DNA of 28,110 nucleotides from positions 1 through 28,110 of the forward strand of contig JAPDJY010000017.1 in NCBI GenBank assembly GCA_029258835.1, given 5' to 3'. Origin of the DNA: Thermoproteota archaeon. GTDB taxonomy: Archaea > Asgardarchaeota > Jordiarchaeia > Jordiarchaeales > Freyrarchaeaceae. How positions within the stretch are numbered: the first letter of the stretch is position 1; each line of letters begins with the position of its first letter. The position numbers were made by a program, and so were the translations under genes. Below the pieces are notes generated by a model that did no database searches, had not been told where the DNA came from, and saw only the letters and a list, made by a program, of their open reading frames with translations. Shown one piece after another: positions 25,997 through 28,110 of the stretch.

Positions 25997-27148
25997 TTGA
26001 AGATCGCAATAGTGGTTCCTCCATGGGTCAGGGTGCCCCCTGAAGGATACGGGGGCATAGAGCTGGTCGTAGGCCTACTTGCAGATGGGCTTGTGAAGAA
26101 GGGGCATGAGGTCACCCTCTACACGGTTGGGTCGAGCAGATCTAAGGCTGGGGTGAAATTCTTTTTCGAGCACCCAATGTTCCAAGCCTCATGCGGGGAC
26201 GTGTCAAGCTTCCTGAACGTAGCAGTCACACACTCCCTCTGGGCCTACATGGACATAGAACGGGAGGGCTACGACGTCGTCCACGATAACACGTGGAAGG
26301 AAGGGTTGGCGTGCGCCCGCTTCATCAGCACACCGGTCGTCCACACGATCCATGGAAACTTCAACTGGGAGAACAGGAAGTTCTACGGCATGTTCGTAGG
26401 GGACGGCCACGTGGGCTTCGTAACGGTGAGCAGGTTCCTCATGGAGTCCTTCCCAGGGCTAAACTACCTTGGCGTGGTCTACAACGCGGTGGACGTGTCA
26501 AGATACCCGTTCCGGGAGGAGAAAGAAGACTACTACGTGTACGTTGGAAGGTTCAACGAGGAGAAGGCCCCCCACATAGCATGCAAGGTTGCATCCGAGC
26601 TAGGAGTGAAACTCTACCTTGCAGGCAAGGTGAGGGAGAAGAGGGAGAAAGAATACTTCAACGCCCACGTTAAACCCTACCTCAACGATAACATTAAATA
26701 CCTTGGAGAAGTCAGTGAGGAAGAGAAGCTTAGGCTGCTCTCACACGCTAAAGCCTACCTGTTCCCCATCCAGTGGGACGAGCCCTTCGGAATAACGATG
26801 ATTGAAGCGTTAGCGTGCGGGACGCCGGTCGTAACGTTTAGAAGGGGGTCGGCCCCCGAGGTCGTCGAACACTGCAGGACCGGCTTCGTCGTCGACACGG
26901 TTGAAGAGTTCGCCGCGGCGCTCAGCGAAGTGGAGGCGATAAACCCGAGGAAGTGCAGGGAGAGAGTCGAGGAAACGTTCAGCGTGGAGAGGATGGTTGA
27001 TGGCTACGAGAAAGCCTACAGGGAAATGGCTAGAAAGCGGGTGGCTGAACCATGGCTAAACCATCGTTTAAGGACGACGGGTGGATCCTGGAAGAGGAAG
27101 AATTCCACAGGCCCTGGCTTCCTTACTGGGAAACCGTCTTCACGATAG
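25997..27148 (+). CDS. Glycosyltransferase family 4
   Basis: VPPEGYGGIE, GHEVTL, VYNAVD, GRFNEEKAPH, EPFGITMIEALACGTPV. TTG at 25997 follows a G-run (track start 25790 is too long). Confidence 0.92.
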   Translation: MKIAIVVPPWVRVPPEGYGGIELVVGLLADGLVKKGHEVTLYTVGSSRSKAGVKFFFEHPMFQASCGDVSSFLNVAVTHSLWAYMDIEREGYDVVHDNTWKEGLACARFISTPVVHTIHGNFNWENRKFYGMFVGDGHVGFVTVSRFLMESFPGLNYLGVVYNAVDVSRYPFREEKEDYYVYVGRFNEEKAPHIACKVASELGVKLYLAGKVREKREKEYFNAHVKPYLNDNIKYLGEVSEEEKLRLLSHAKAYLFPIQWDEPFGITMIEALACGTPVVTFRRGSAPEVVEHCRTGFVVDTVEEFAAALSEVEAINPRKCRERVEETFSVERMVDGYEKAYREMARKRVAEPWLNHRLRTTGGSWKRKNSTGPGFLTGKPSSR

Positions 27149-28110
27149 GAAACGGGTACATGGGGCTGAGGGGATCCCTCGAGGAGGGGTGCGAAGGATC
27201 CCATCCCGGAACCTACATTGCAAGCGTCTACGATAAAGGTGAGGCGTTGTCCAGCGAACTGGTCAACGCCCCTAACCCCCTCAGTTTAAAGATTTACGTG
27301 GAAGGGAAGCCGCTGAGCGCCGACTCCATGAAGGTTTCCTTCCACACCCGCAGCTTGAACCTGAAGCACGCCGTCCTGTCGAGGAGGACGGTTTTCGCCG
27401 ACGAGGATGGAAACCGCTACGAGTACGCTTCAAGGCGCTACGTGTCCATGGCCAACGTGCACTTGGGAGTCTTGGAGGTGGAGTTCGCCTCGCTCGACCG
27501 CGACTGCAACGTAACCCTCAGGAAGCTGATAGACGGAGGAACAGCCAACACGCTACACCCCCTAAACCAGCCAGTAAAACACTACAGGGTCGTGGACAGG
27601 CACGCGGGGCAAAACACGTCATACCTGGAGGCTGAAACCTTCGACTCCAAAATCAGGATAGGAGTCGCAGTAGGCGTGGGGTCCAGCGAAAAACTGCCTT
27701 TCAACATGGTGGAGGAGGGCGACGTGGCAGCCAGCGAGTGCTCCTTCCTCGCAGAGAAAGGGAGGCGCTACAAGTTCACGTTCTACTTCGCAGTGTTCAC
27801 CTCGAGAGACCCAGACCTGAAGTCCTATGGGGGAAGCGTGAAGGATGCTTGCTTAGCAATCCTGCGTAGCGCCATCGGCAAGCAGGAAGCAGCCTTCCTA
27901 AGCCACAAGAAGGCTTGGGAGGAGAAGTGGGAAACCTGCCAAGTTGAAGTGGACGATGACGAAGTGAGGAACGCGGTTCGCTTCGCCATCTACCATCTTT
28001 TAATTGCGGCTCCGCGAGGGCTCGACGCAAGCATCGGGGCCAAGGCACTGTGCAGCGAGTGGTACGGAGGGCACGTCTTCTGGGACACGGAAATATACAT
28101 GCTGCCATTC
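27052..28110 (+). CDS. GH65 family phosphorylase (trehalose/maltose/kojibiose type), 5' part; runs off the window
   Basis: Open for 353 codons from ATG 27052: ETVFTIGNGYMGLRGSLEEG, GTYIASVYD, ELVNAPN, RFAIYHLL, SIGAKALCSEWYGGHVFWDTEIYMLPF. Missing from the ORF track because there is no stop in the window. Confidence 0.92.
   Translation, partial: MAKPSFKDDGWILEEEEFHRPWLPYWETVFTIGNGYMGLRGSLEEGCEGSHPGTYIASVYDKGEALSSELVNAPNPLSLKIYVEGKPLSADSMKVSFHTRSLNLKHAVLSRRTVFADEDGNRYEYASRRYVSMANVHLGVLEVEFASLDRDCNVTLRKLIDGGTANTLHPLNQPVKHYRVVDRHAGQNTSYLEAETFDSKIRIGVAVGVGSSEKLPFNMVEEGDVAASECSFLAEKGRRYKFTFYFAVFTSRDPDLKSYGGSVKDACLAILRSAIGKQEAAFLSHKKAWEEKWETCQVEVDDDEVRNAVRFAIYHLLIAAPRGLDASIGAKALCSEWYGGHVFWDTEIYMLPF

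Noticed and set aside
27797-28108. 103-aa - strand ORF
   Set aside because: Antisense shadow of the GH65 gene.

Overview
Archaeal-type chromosomal window with GGAGGTG-like Shine-Dalgarno motifs, TATA-like boxes, many TTG starts and AGG/AGA-rich coding. A thermophilic anaerobic archaeon, possibly Asgard (Jordarchaeia/Freyarchaeia-like), is an inference only. In order it contains: the 3' end of a radical SAM/SPASM gene; a small DUF3227/NitrOD5-like protein; a divergent speE-family aminopropyltransferase; two in-frame DGC-domain genes; two KaiC/RecA-family double-domain ATPases (one GvpD-like) that share an upstream TATAAGAA tandem motif; Zn-ADH, a 4x[4Fe-4S] protein and a tungsten AOR-family oxidoreductase; an ADP-ribosylglycohydrolase; a P-loop protein; a ferredoxin; a DUF998-like membrane protein; ~2 kb of decayed DNA; an ABC-2 exporter operon ending in a secreted FG-GAP-repeat protein; a secreted permuted NlpC/P60 enzyme; a compact operon of nitroreductase, two RHH-like proteins and an SCP2-like protein; a decay zone (trpA pseudogene, frameshifted HEPN-MNT pair, internally deleted NlpC/P60 paralog); a lysophospholipase; a GT4; and a GH65 phosphorylase that runs off the window and is absent from the ORF track. 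No rRNA, tRNA or CRISPR array was seen. The best candidates for undescribed systems are the nitroreductase-RHH-RHH-SCP2 operon and the apparently co-regulated KaiC-like ATPase pair. All family calls come from motif recognition, not database searches.
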